Assembly: GCA_016869145.1 (NCBI GenBank)
Contig: VGEU01000006.1
Location: 2,210-66,209, forward strand
Origin: Alphaproteobacteria bacterium
GTDB lineage: Bacteria > Pseudomonadota > Alphaproteobacteria > MPNO01 > VGEU01
Reading direction: 5' to 3'
DNA length: 64,000 nucleotides
The notes under the pieces are model-generated. The model worked only from the letters and a program-made list of their open reading frames with translations, was not told the DNA's origin and made no database searches. This document shows, one piece after another, positions 29,827 to 39,291 of this stretch. Numbering within the stretch: position 1 is the stretch's first letter; each line of letters begins with the position of its first letter. The translations under genes and the position numbers were made by a program.

Positions 29827-30765
29827 ATGACGGCGCGCTTCGGATATCTCCTGCCCACCCGTGAACGGGTGATGGAGGGGCGGCCGGCGGCGGCACCGCT
29901 CCTCGATCTCGCCGTGCGCGCCGAGGCGATCGGGTTCGACTCGGTCTGGATCGGCGATTCGCTGATCGACCGGCCGCGCCACGAGCCGCTCACCATGCTG
30001 GCCGCGGCCGCCGCGCGCACCCGGCGCGTCACGCTCGGCACCGCGGTGCTCCTGCCGATGCTGCGCAACCCGGTCCTCCTCGCCCACCAGGCCGCGACGG
30101 TCGACCAGATCAGCGGGGGGCGCCTCGTCCTCGGGATCGGCATCTCCAACGACACACCCGGCATCCGCGCCGAGTTCGAGGCCGCGGGCGTGCCGTTCGA
30201 GAAACGCGTCGGCCGCGTCATCGAAGGGATGGCGCTGTGCAAGGCGCTGTGGACCGGAAACAAGGTCGACTGGAACGGCCGCTGGCGCCTCGAAGGCGCG
30301 ACGATCGGGCCGGTCCCGCATCGCGCCGGCGGCCCGCCGATCTGGATGGGCGGGTCCTCGCCCGGCAGCGTTCAGCGCGCCGGCAAGTACTATGACGGCT
30401 GGTTTCCGATCTCGACCCCGCCGGCGAAGTTCGGCGAGATGTGGGCCGAGGTGATGACGGTGGCGCGCGCCGCGGGGCGCGAGCCCGGTGCGATCGTCGG
30501 CGCGATCTATCTCACGATTTGTATTGACGAGGATCGCGCGCGCGCCGAGGAGCGCATCGGCGCGTTCCTCGAGAGCTACTATCCCGGCCGCGGCGCGCTG
30601 ATGAAGCGGCTGCAGGCCTGGTATGCCGGCCCCAAGGCCGGCGCGATCGCGTGGCTGTCGGCCTATGTCGCGGCCGGCGTCGGGCACTTCATCCTGCGGT
30701 TTCCCGGCGACCACGAACGCCACATGGACGCGATCGCCGAGATCCGCACCGCTGTTACCGGCTGA
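29827..30765 (+). CDS. LLM-class (F420/FMN-type) oxidoreductase
   Basis: Internal ATG (MTARFGYLLP) in ORF 29119..30765. Luciferase-like TIM-barrel family. Confidence 0.7.
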   Translation: MTARFGYLLPTRERVMEGRPAAAPLLDLAVRAEAIGFDSVWIGDSLIDRPRHEPLTMLAAAAARTRRVTLGTAVLLPMLRNPVLLAHQAATVDQISGGRLVLGIGISNDTPGIRAEFEAAGVPFEKRVGRVIEGMALCKALWTGNKVDWNGRWRLEGATIGPVPHRAGGPPIWMGGSSPGSVQRAGKYYDGWFPISTPPAKFGEMWAEVMTVARAAGREPGAIVGAIYLTICIDEDRARAEERIGAFLESYYPGRGALMKRLQAWYAGPKAGAIAWLSAYVAAGVGHFILRFPGDHERHMDAIAEIRTAVTG

Positions 30766-30771
30766 GCGCGT

Positions 30772-31731
30772 CTACTCGACGATGCGCACGAGGTCGCGGA
30801 GCTCCGCCTCGTTCGGCGCGCGGGTGATGAATTTCGCCTCGATCGCATCGGCGGCGTTCTTGTCGGTGCCGATGACCCGCCGCTCGACGAGCCGCTCGCG
30901 CGGATAGAACTGCGGCACCTCGCGCGCGACCTCGATCGCGGTCTCGGTATAGGCGGCATAGGCCGCCGCCGCAGCGTCCCTCTCCTCGTACATCCACGCG
31001 AGCGCCTTCTCGTAGGCGCGGTTGAAGCGGCGGATCACGTCGGGGCTTTTCTCGACGAGGTCCTTGTGCGCGACGTTGACGCGGATGGTCTGCTGCTGAA
31101 GCTCCGGCACATCTGTCGCGCGGAACACGATCCGCGCCTCGCCCGAGCGCACGAGGTCGAGATTGAACGGCGGGATCGAGTAGCTCACGTCGATCTGATT
31201 GGTCATGAGCTGGGTGCGGCTCGCCGAGATCGCGCCGGTCGAGACGAGCTCGGGCTTGATGTCGAATTTCCGCGCCATGGTGAGGACGATGAGATGCGTC
31301 GTCGAGCCGGGGCGCGAATAAGACACCTTCTTGCCGTTGAAGTCCTTCACCGACTGGATCGGGCTCGCCGCGCGCACGATCCAGAAAGATTCCGGCGCGC
31401 CCAGGATCTGCGAGCGGTATATGACGATCGGCGCGCCCTTCGAATGGGCACCGAGCACGCCGAGGATGCCGGTGCCGATGATGATGTCGGTCGAGCGGCT
31501 GACGAGGGTCTGAATCGTCTCCGTGCCGCCACCGGTGAAGAGATAGCTGACATCGAGGTTCTCGGCCTTGAACAGGCCGCGCTCGGCCGCGAAATAGGCG
31601 ACCGCCGTGTCCCAGAGGCCCTTTTGCGAGATCGCGATCTTGATCTTGTCCTGCGCCGCGGCGGCGCCGGCGAGCACGAACGCGGCGATAGCGGCCGCCA
31701 CGCCCCAGAGCATGTCCGTCTTCTTTCGCAT
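30772..31731 (-). CDS. ABC-type (NMT1/THI5-like, nitrate/sulfonate/bicarbonate family) substrate-binding protein
   Basis: Start MRKKTDMLWGVAAAIAAFVLAGAAAAQ (signal peptide) in ORF 30772..31923. Confidence 0.65.
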   Translation of the reverse strand: MRKKTDMLWGVAAAIAAFVLAGAAAAQDKIKIAISQKGLWDTAVAYFAAERGLFKAENLDVSYLFTGGGTETIQTLVSRSTDIIIGTGILGVLGAHSKGAPIVIYRSQILGAPESFWIVRAASPIQSVKDFNGKKVSYSRPGSTTHLIVLTMARKFDIKPELVSTGAISASRTQLMTNQIDVSYSIPPFNLDLVRSGEARIVFRATDVPELQQQTIRVNVAHKDLVEKSPDVIRRFNRAYEKALAWMYEERDAAAAAYAAYTETAIEVAREVPQFYPRERLVERRVIGTDKNAADAIEAKFITRAPNEAELRDLVRIVE

Positions 31732-31757
31732 GGTCCCTCTCCTTGCTGCTTTGGTTG

Positions 31758-32615
31758 TCAGGTTCGCGGCTTGTGACCACGCCCCTCCTGGCCCGGAGGC
31801 ACGGCCCAGCCGGCCGGATGCCCCGCCTTGGCCGCCGCGTCGGCAGGCGGCAGGCTCGGATCCCAATCCCGGCCCAGAAAACGCCGCATCGTGACGCCGT
31901 CGGAGGCCGCCGACATCAGCCACAGGATCGGCGCCCGCATCACCGATGGATCGAGGAACGGAAAATCGGGCGCACGGCGGCCGAACCCCGCGGGCTCGGG
32001 GATAATCGCGGTGTCGGCGGCACCGCCCGGCACCAGCACATTGACGATGACGCCGGTGCCGTCGAGATCGCGCGCCCAGATCATCGTCCCGGTCTCGAGT
32101 CCGGCCTTGGTCATCCCGTAAGGCGAATAACCCTTGCGCTGCATGGTGCCGTAGCTCGTCGTAACATTGACGATGCGGCCCCAGCCTTGCGCGACGAGAT
32201 GCGGCGCCGCGGCCCGCGCCATGTAATAAGGCGCGTTGAGGTTGACGTCGATGACCGCGCGCCAGGATTCGACCGACACCTCGTAGAAGGGCGGCCGGAG
32301 GAAATACTGCTTCGGATCGTTGAAGCGGGCATCGATGCCGGCATTGTTGACGAGGCCGTGGGGCGCGCCGAAATGGCCGCGCATCCGCTCGACCGCGGCC
32401 GCGCAGGCATCCGGGTCGCAGAGATCGAGCGCGACCGGGAGTGCCGTGCCGCCCGTCGCGGCGATCTCGTGCGCCACCGTCTCGACCTCCGGTTTCTCGA
32501 GCGCGAGGAGGCCGACCCGCGCGCCGGCCGCCGCGAGCGCGCCCGCCATCGCCCGGCCGAGCCCACGCCCACCGCCGGTCACGATCACCACCTTGTCATC
32601 GAGCGTTGGCGCCAT
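31758..32615 (-). CDS. SDR-family oxidoreductase
   Basis: 285 aa. VIVTGGGRGLG Rossmann motif. Confidence 0.75.
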   Translation of the reverse strand: MAPTLDDKVVIVTGGGRGLGRAMAGALAAAGARVGLLALEKPEVETVAHEIAATGGTALPVALDLCDPDACAAAVERMRGHFGAPHGLVNNAGIDARFNDPKQYFLRPPFYEVSVESWRAVIDVNLNAPYYMARAAAPHLVAQGWGRIVNVTTSYGTMQRKGYSPYGMTKAGLETGTMIWARDLDGTGVIVNVLVPGGAADTAIIPEPAGFGRRAPDFPFLDPSVMRAPILWLMSAASDGVTMRRFLGRDWDPSLPPADAAAKAGHPAGWAVPPGQEGRGHKPRT

Positions 32616-32630
32616 CGTGTCCTCTCTCCT

Positions 32631-33947
32631 TCAACGCCCGATGATGGTCGGAAGCCAGGTCGCGAGACCCGGGAAAGCCATCACCAGCATCACCGTCACG
32701 ATCTGGAGTCCGATGAACGGCGCCGCCGCCCAGCAGATCTCGCGCATGGTCGTATCGGTTGGCGCGACGCCCTTCATCACGAACAAGAGAAGCCCGAACG
32801 GCGGCGTCGTGAATCCGATCTCGAGCGCGATCAGCATCATCAGCCCGAACCAGATCGGATCGATCCCCGCCGTGCTGACGAGCGGCATGAAGAACGGGAT
32901 CGTGATCATCATCATGCTGAGCTGATCCATGAACGTCCCGAGGATCAGGAGGATCGTGAGCATGCCGACGACGAGCCAGATCGGCGCGATATCGACGCCC
33001 TCGACGATCGCGAGGAGACCGTCGGTCGCGCCGGAGAAGGCGAGGATCTGTGAATAGGTGATCGAGGCGCAGATGATGAAGAGGATCATCACCGACACCT
33101 TGGCCGTCTCGGTGAGCGCGATCGAGAGCGCCGTCCACGTCAGCGTGCGGTAGGCGGCGGCGGCGACGATGGTCGCGAGCGCGCCGAGCGCCGCCGATTC
33201 CGTCGGCGAGGCATAGCCGCCGAGAATGCTGCCGACCACGACCACGAAGATGCCGAGGAGCGGCACCACCTCGACCAGGATCGGCCGCAGGCGCTGCAAC
33301 AGCGTGAACTTGCCGGCGTCGTAGCCCGGCGCGAGCGTCGGGTCGAGTGCGCAGCGCACAACGACATAGACGAAAAAGAGCCCAGCCATGACGAGGCCCG
33401 GGATGATGCCCGAGATCAGGAGATCGGCGACCGAGATCATCGCGAGACTAGCGAGGATGACCGCGAGCGCCGACGGCGGGATCAGCATCGCGATGCCGCC
33501 CGTGCCGAGGATCGGGCCCATCGCGATCTTCTTCTCGTAGCCGCGCTTGCGCATCTCGGGCAGAAGCGTCGAGCCCAGCATTGCGGTGTTGGCGATCGTC
33601 GAGCCCGAAAGCGCGGAAAAGATCGTCCCGCTCACGATCGCGACGAGCGACAGCCGGCCCGGAACGCGCGCGATCAGCTTGTCGACGGCATCGATCGCAC
33701 GGTGCGCGAGGCCGGTGTGGTAGAGCACCTCGCCCATCAGGAGAAAGAGCGGGATCGGCGTCAGCGCGAACGACGAGACCGCGTCGACCGCGTTGCGCAC
33801 GACCTGCGCGAGGCCCGGCTCGCCGCCGAGAAAGTAGAGCGCGCCCAGGATGTTGACGGCGAAGAAGGCGAACGCGACCGGAAGCCCCAGCATCAGGAGG
33901 ACCAGAAGCCCGCCCACCATCAGCGACAGCGCCCAGTACCACGCCAT
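32631..33947 (-). CDS. dctM: TRAP transporter large permease (DctM family), second system
   Basis: 438 aa polytopic membrane protein. Confidence 0.85.
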   Translation of the reverse strand: MAWYWALSLMVGGLLVLLMLGLPVAFAFFAVNILGALYFLGGEPGLAQVVRNAVDAVSSFALTPIPLFLLMGEVLYHTGLAHRAIDAVDKLIARVPGRLSLVAIVSGTIFSALSGSTIANTAMLGSTLLPEMRKRGYEKKIAMGPILGTGGIAMLIPPSALAVILASLAMISVADLLISGIIPGLVMAGLFFVYVVVRCALDPTLAPGYDAGKFTLLQRLRPILVEVVPLLGIFVVVVGSILGGYASPTESAALGALATIVAAAAYRTLTWTALSIALTETAKVSVMILFIICASITYSQILAFSGATDGLLAIVEGVDIAPIWLVVGMLTILLILGTFMDQLSMMMITIPFFMPLVSTAGIDPIWFGLMMLIALEIGFTTPPFGLLLFVMKGVAPTDTTMREICWAAAPFIGLQIVTVMLVMAFPGLATWLPTIIGR

Positions 33948-33949
33948 CG

Positions 33950-34471
33950 CTAGACGCCGCGGTGGTCAAGATCGGGGCCCGTCTCGGCGCGCCGCTCGCG
34001 CCCGGCCGAGGCGAGCCGGCGCGCGAACTCGATCACGAGAAGGAGCGCGGTCCAGGCGACGAAGGCGAAAATCCACCATTCGGGGAAGATGAACTCCTTG
34101 ATCACCCGCGCCCCTTGCGCCCGCGAGGCGAGTGCGACGGCGGCCGCGTAGTAGAGGATCACGAGCGAAACCGCGAGCCCGATCGCATCCCCGATCGCCT
34201 CGCATCGTGCGCGCGCCCGGGGCGGAAGTCCGGTCAGCACGATATCGACGCGGACATGGCCGCCGAGCCGCAAGACCCACGGCGCGCCGAGGAAGGCGAG
34301 GACGAACATCGCGTACTCGCTCGCCTCGAGGATCCACGGGATCGAGCCCCAGCGCAGATTGCGGAGCACGATGTCGATCGACACACCGACCGTGATGAAG
34401 GCGACGGCCAGCCATGCGCCCATGGCGAGGAGGCGATGGACGGCGTCGTACAACCGGGCGGCGAGCGTCAT
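33950..34471 (-). CDS. dctQ: TRAP transporter small permease (DctQ family), second system
   Basis: 173 aa hydrophobic. Confidence 0.75.
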   Translation of the reverse strand: MTLAARLYDAVHRLLAMGAWLAVAFITVGVSIDIVLRNLRWGSIPWILEASEYAMFVLAFLGAPWVLRLGGHVRVDIVLTGLPPRARARCEAIGDAIGLAVSLVILYYAAAVALASRAQGARVIKEFIFPEWWIFAFVAWTALLLVIEFARRLASAGRERRAETGPDLDHRGV

Positions 34472-34511
34472 GTGGTCGGCGCGGGCGTAGGCGTGGGCGC
34501 AGCCGTTTCTG

Positions 34512-35489
34512 TCACTTCGTGATCAGGGCCTTGAGTTTCGGCGCGTTCTCGGGGTCTAGCTCCATCGCCTCGGCCCAGCCGGATTCGTATGCGATGCGGA
34601 CGTAGTCCTCGGCCATCTTGCCGGTGAGCACGATAGGCTGGATGCCGGCGTCGTCCTGCTCCTTGCGGTAGGCCTTGTCGAGATCGGCGGCCTTGACCAG
34701 CATCTCGTCTTCGAAATCGCGCATGGTCTTGGTCAGGAGGTCGCGCTGCGTCTGGGTCAGCGACTGCCATTTCGCGACGTTCATGATGATGCCGCCCTGG
34801 ACGTTGTAGAACGGCGGATCGACGCGATACTTGATGTGCTTCTCCCACCCCAGGCTCTTGATGTCCCAGGTCGGCCAGCCGAGCCCGTCGATCGTGCCGC
34901 GCTCGAGGCCGACATAGACCTCGCCCGGCTGCATCTGGACCACGGTGGCGCCGAGCGCCCTGAAGAACGCGCGATAGACCGGCGTGATGCGGATGCGGAG
35001 GCCGTTGAGATCGATGTTGTCGATCTTCTTGTCGCGCAGATAGAGGTGGAACGGCACGTTCGAGCCCCAGTGGCCGATATAGACGAGCCCGGCCTTGTCC
35101 ATGTGGAGCTTGTTGATGAAGTCCATCGCGCCGTTCTCGCGCATCTCCTTCGGCGACTTCTGGATCATCTTGAGCGCATCGCCGACCGGCAGAAGGTTCT
35201 GGTAGAAGGTCGACGGCAGGTTGGCCATATCGACGACGCCGGTCTTGACCGCGTTCGCCATCGTGAACGGCGACATCGACCCCGAGGCCTTGATCTCGAT
35301 CGACATCGAGCCCTTTGCGGCGGCGTTGAGCTTCTCGACGAATTCGACGAAGGGCTTGCCGAAGGCATTGTTGTTGGGGACGAAGCTGACCGCGCCGAGC
35401 TTCACCTCCTGCGCCGCGGCGGCGGGCGCGAACGCGGCGAGACAGGCGGCGGTCGTTGCGGCGAGGATGGCGGTCGAGCGGTGGATCAT
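34512..35489 (-). CDS. dctP: TRAP transporter substrate-binding protein (DctP family), second system
   Basis: Internal ATG (MIHRSTAILAATTAACLAAFAPAAAAQ signal peptide) in ORF 34512..35834. Confidence 0.8.
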   Translation of the reverse strand: MIHRSTAILAATTAACLAAFAPAAAAQEVKLGAVSFVPNNNAFGKPFVEFVEKLNAAAKGSMSIEIKASGSMSPFTMANAVKTGVVDMANLPSTFYQNLLPVGDALKMIQKSPKEMRENGAMDFINKLHMDKAGLVYIGHWGSNVPFHLYLRDKKIDNIDLNGLRIRITPVYRAFFRALGATVVQMQPGEVYVGLERGTIDGLGWPTWDIKSLGWEKHIKYRVDPPFYNVQGGIIMNVAKWQSLTQTQRDLLTKTMRDFEDEMLVKAADLDKAYRKEQDDAGIQPIVLTGKMAEDYVRIAYESGWAEAMELDPENAPKLKALITK

Positions 35490-35580
35490 GGCGACGTCTC
35501 CCTGATGGCGGACCGGTCGTTCTTCTTGTCCCGAGGCATCATCATAGCAAAACCGAGCAACGGGTGAACAGAGCGAGGGA

Positions 35581-36885
35581 ATGGTCATGAGGCTCAACGA
35601 AATCGGCGTCGTCGAGGCGGCGCGCCGCATTGCCGCCGGCTCGCTCTCCTCGGAGGCGCTCGTCACCGCCTGCCTCGATCGCATCGCGCGCCGCGAGGCC
35701 GCGGTCGGCGCGTGGGAGTACCTAGATCCCGCCGCGGCGCTCGCCGCCGCGCGCGCATGCGACCGCGCGGCGCCGCGAGGGCCCCTCCACGGGGTGCCGA
35801 TCGGCATCAAGGACATCATCGACACCGCCGACATGCCGACCGCCTACGGCTCGCCGATCTACGCCGGTCACCGCCCGGCCGCGGACGCGGCCGCGGTCGC
35901 GCTTCTCCGTGAGGCGGGCGCGGTGATCATCGGCAAGACCGTGACCACCGAGTTCGCGGCGCTGACACCGGGCAGGACCGCGAACCCGCATCACACCGGC
36001 CACTCGCCCGGCGGCTCGTCCTCGGGCTCGGCCGCGGCCGTCGGCGATGGGATGGTACCGGCCGCGCTCGCGACGCAGACCATCGGCTCGACCATCCGCC
36101 CGTCGACGTTCTGCGGCGCGGTCGGCTTCAAGCCGACCTACGCCACGTTCGCCCTCCAGGGCGTCAAGGGCCAGGCGCCCTCGCTCGACACGCTCGGCAT
36201 CATTACGCGCTCGGTCGAGGACGCCGAGGTCCTGAGCGCCGCCCTCCTCGGCATCGCGCAGGCTTTCCACGACCCGCTGCCGCCATCACCGCCGCGCCTT
36301 GCCTTCTGCGGCTCGCCGCACTGGCCGAAGGCAGAGGCCTCGACGCGCCGTGTGATGACCGAGGCGCGGGCGATGCTCGCCGACGCCGGCATGCCGACCG
36401 AGGAGATCGTGCTCTCGGACGGGTTCGCGCGCGTGCTCGAGGCGCAATGGACGATGATGATGTTCGAGTTCGCGCGCGTTCTGACGTTCGAGCGGACGAT
36501 GCGGCGCGCGGGCCTGAGCGACCGACTCCGCGCGCTCCTCGACGACGGGATGAAGGTGCCGGTCGCCGAGTATCGGGCCGCACTCGCACTCGCCGAGGCG
36601 TGCCGGCGCGAGATCGCGCCCGTGTTCAATCGTGTCGATGCGATCCTGACCCCCGCCGCGGCCGGCGAGGCGCCCGAGGGTATCAACGCGATCAGCGATC
36701 TCCTGTTCCAGCGGCTGTGGACGGTCCTCCATCTGCCGGCCATCACGCTGCCGGGCTACCGCGGCGCAAAAGGCCTGCCGGTCGGCATCCAGCTCGTCGG
36801 CCGCCACGGCGGCGACCGCGCGCTCCTCGCGGTCGCGCGACGCATCGAGGCGCTGATGCCGCGGCTTCCTGTTCCAGGTTCCTGA
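35581..36885 (+). CDS. amidase (amidase-signature family)
   Basis: 434 aa. GGSSSGSAAAV signature and a Ser-cisSer-Lys triad context. Confidence 0.8.
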   Translation: MVMRLNEIGVVEAARRIAAGSLSSEALVTACLDRIARREAAVGAWEYLDPAAALAAARACDRAAPRGPLHGVPIGIKDIIDTADMPTAYGSPIYAGHRPAADAAAVALLREAGAVIIGKTVTTEFAALTPGRTANPHHTGHSPGGSSSGSAAAVGDGMVPAALATQTIGSTIRPSTFCGAVGFKPTYATFALQGVKGQAPSLDTLGIITRSVEDAEVLSAALLGIAQAFHDPLPPSPPRLAFCGSPHWPKAEASTRRVMTEARAMLADAGMPTEEIVLSDGFARVLEAQWTMMMFEFARVLTFERTMRRAGLSDRLRALLDDGMKVPVAEYRAALALAEACRREIAPVFNRVDAILTPAAAGEAPEGINAISDLLFQRLWTVLHLPAITLPGYRGAKGLPVGIQLVGRHGGDRALLAVARRIEALMPRLPVPGS

Positions 36886-36948
36886 CCGCACCGGCGATCG
36901 TGTAGGATCGTGTCCGCTCTAGCGAGCCGCATCGACAGGAGGGACGCC

Positions 36949-37269
36949 ATGCCCGTGACCGCCATCGTCCGGTTTCCGTTCCCGAAGGGCCGCGACCGCG
37001 CCGAGGTCGCCAAGATGTTCGAGGCCTCCGCACCGCGCTATCGCGCCGCGCCGGGGCTGATCCGGAAATACTACCTACTCGCCGAGGACGGCGCCTCGGC
37101 GGGCGGCGCCTATCTCTGGGAATCGAAGGCGAAGGCCGCGGCGTTCTATGACGCCGCCTGGCGCGCCTCGATCCGCGAGCGCTTCGGCGCCGATCCCGAG
37201 ATCAGCTATTTCGACAGCCCCGTCATCGTCGACAACGCGCTCGGCACCGTCAGCGCGGCGGCCGAGTAG
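36949..37269 (+). CDS. YdhR-like putative monooxygenase (small dimeric alpha+beta barrel), copy 1
   Basis: Internal ATG (MPVTAIVRFPFP) in ORF 36910..37269. 106 aa. Confidence 0.6.
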   Translation: MPVTAIVRFPFPKGRDRAEVAKMFEASAPRYRAAPGLIRKYYLLAEDGASAGGAYLWESKAKAAAFYDAAWRASIRERFGADPEISYFDSPVIVDNALGTVSAAAE

Positions 37270-37288
37270 CACGACAGAGGAGCAACCG

Positions 37289-37612
37289 ATGCCCTGCACC
37301 GCGATCGTCCGTTTCGCCGTCTCCCGCGCCGGCGTCGACCGCGCCGAGATCGTCAAGCACCTCCAGGGCTCGGTACCGAAATTCCGCGGCATGCCGGGGC
37401 TGATCCGGAAGTACTACCTCCTCTCCGACGACGGCAAGACCTCGGGCGGCGCCTATCTATGGGAGACGCGCGCGGCGGCCGAGGCCTACTACACCCCGGC
37501 GTGGAGGGCCTCGATGAAGGCGCGCTTCGGCGCCGAGCCGACGGTCGAGTATTTCGAGAGCCCGGTGATCGTCGACAACGCGATCGGCGCGGTCAGCATC
37601 GCCGCCGAATAG
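37289..37612 (+). CDS. YdhR-like putative monooxygenase, copy 2 (tandem paralog)
   Basis: ATG at 37289 preceded by AGAGGAG. MPCTAIVRFAVS..., about 60 percent identical to copy 1. Confidence 0.6.
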   Translation: MPCTAIVRFAVSRAGVDRAEIVKHLQGSVPKFRGMPGLIRKYYLLSDDGKTSGGAYLWETRAAAEAYYTPAWRASMKARFGAEPTVEYFESPVIVDNAIGAVSIAAE

Positions 37613-37627
37613 CGCGGGCGACGGCCC

Positions 37628-37810
37628 CTATTTCCGCACGGCGACGAAATTGCCGTCGTCGTCGCGCGTGAGGAGATCGGCCGCGCGGAGCTCGCCCCAG
37701 GCGTAGAGGAACGTGCGCCACGGCACCGCGCGGTGGGCGTCGACGATCTCGTCGAACTGCTGCGGGCGGGCGGTAATCTCGGCGAGGAGCGTCGTCGCGA
37801 GCGGGCTCAT
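37628..37810 (-). CDS. hypothetical small protein (60 aa) translationally coupled to UbiD-family decarboxylase
   Basis: ATG overlaps the UbiD stop (ATGA). Sequence MSPLATTLLAEITARPQQFDEIVDAHRAVPWRTFLYAWGELRAADLLTRDDDGNFVAVRK, no Cys. Confidence 0.45.
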   Translation of the reverse strand: MSPLATTLLAEITARPQQFDEIVDAHRAVPWRTFLYAWGELRAADLLTRDDDGNFVAVRK

Positions 37811-39168
37811 AGATAGTCCTCCAGCTTCACGCGGTCCTTGCCGTAGGTCTTGATGCGCCGGTAGAGCTTCTTCGGCACGCCTTCGGGGATCGTCGCATCG
37901 ATCCCCATCTTGGCCGTCGTCGGCAGCCCGCCTTTGCCGAGCTCCCACGACTTGATCGACGGGTCGATGTGCTTGCCGCGCGCGCCCGACAGGATGATCA
38001 CGTCGCGGTCGGCCTGGACGCGGAACGTCATCGCCCACTCGAGATCGTCGGGATTGTGGATGTCGATGTCGTCGTCGGTGACGATGACGTGCTTGACCTC
38101 GGCGACCGAAAGAAGCGCCAGCACCGCGTTCTTGCCCTCGCCGGGGCGCTTCTTGATCGAGGCGACGAGCGACCAGTAGCCGCAGCCGCCGACCGGCGCG
38201 CGGATCGCGACCGGCTCGACGCTCGCGATGCGGAGCGCCTGGAGCCCGGCCGCCTCCGTCACCGGGGCCGCCAGCCAATCGTTCTCCCACGGCATCTGCA
38301 GGAGATAGAAGATCGGGTTCTTCCGGTGCGTGATGCACTTGAGGCGGAAGATCGGGTTCCACTTCACATCGCCCGAGATCTGGCTGAACTCGCCGAACGG
38401 CCCCTCGTCCGCCGTCCAGCCGATCGGCAGGAGCTCGCCCTCGAGCACGAGCTCGGCATCGGCCGGCACCTCGAGATCGACGGTCTTGCATTTCACCAGC
38501 GCGACCGGCGCGCCGTGCAACCCGCCCGCGATCGAATATTCCGACTGGTTGATCGGCGCCTTGTAGGACGCCGCCAGCATGTCCTTCGGGTGCACGCCGA
38601 TGCAGACCGCGATCTCGAGCGGTTTCCCCTTGTCGAGCGCGCGCTGGTAGTAGAACCGCATGTCCGACGGCGAGACGAGATCGATGCCGGTTTCCTTCGG
38701 CGTGCGGTACATCATGCGATACGAGCCGACATTGACGCCGTAGTCGGGGTCCTTCGAGACCACGAACGTGCCGCCGATATAGGGCCCGCCGTCGAAGAGG
38801 TGCATCAGCGGATAAGGCAGCCGGGTGAGATCGGCCGCCTCGCCCGTGTGCACAACCTCCTGGCACGGCCCGCTCGCCACCATCACGGGCTCGATCGGTC
38901 GCATCAGGCCGCGCTCGCAGGCCGCGCCGACGTCGTTCTCGGTCGAGCCCATCGCGATGGCGAGGCGCTTTCGCGACGACACGAGCGCACCCGCGAGGGT
39001 CCAGTCGGGATATTCCTTGATGGTCTCGAAGAACGCCGCCTTGGGCGTCTGCGCCATCAGGCCCGAGATGTCGCGGACGTCGACGGGCTTCCTGATGCGC
39101 AACAGCTCGCCGGCCTCCTCGAGCGCGCCCAGAAAGTCGCGAAAGCTCTGTTTTCCGGTGTTGTTCAT
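37807..39168 (-). CDS. UbiD-family (prFMN-dependent) aromatic acid decarboxylase
   Basis: 453 aa. UbiD family sequence throughout. Confidence 0.8.
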   Translation of the reverse strand: MNNTGKQSFRDFLGALEEAGELLRIRKPVDVRDISGLMAQTPKAAFFETIKEYPDWTLAGALVSSRKRLAIAMGSTENDVGAACERGLMRPIEPVMVASGPCQEVVHTGEAADLTRLPYPLMHLFDGGPYIGGTFVVSKDPDYGVNVGSYRMMYRTPKETGIDLVSPSDMRFYYQRALDKGKPLEIAVCIGVHPKDMLAASYKAPINQSEYSIAGGLHGAPVALVKCKTVDLEVPADAELVLEGELLPIGWTADEGPFGEFSQISGDVKWNPIFRLKCITHRKNPIFYLLQMPWENDWLAAPVTEAAGLQALRIASVEPVAIRAPVGGCGYWSLVASIKKRPGEGKNAVLALLSVAEVKHVIVTDDDIDIHNPDDLEWAMTFRVQADRDVIILSGARGKHIDPSIKSWELGKGGLPTTAKMGIDATIPEGVPKKLYRRIKTYGKDRVKLEDYL

Positions 39169-39291
39169 GGCTCGTCCGCTGGCCGCCGATCCGGCGCGAG
39201 ACTTGCACGGCGCCCCCGGGCCGGCAAGCCGGTTGTCGCGCCACGGGCGGGCGCGCTAGGATCGGCCTGCGATGTGCCACGGGAGATGCCC

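Noticed and set aside
31743-33053. 436-aa plus-strand ORF
   Set aside because: Antisense to the SDR and dctM genes, with H/R/D-rich low complexity.
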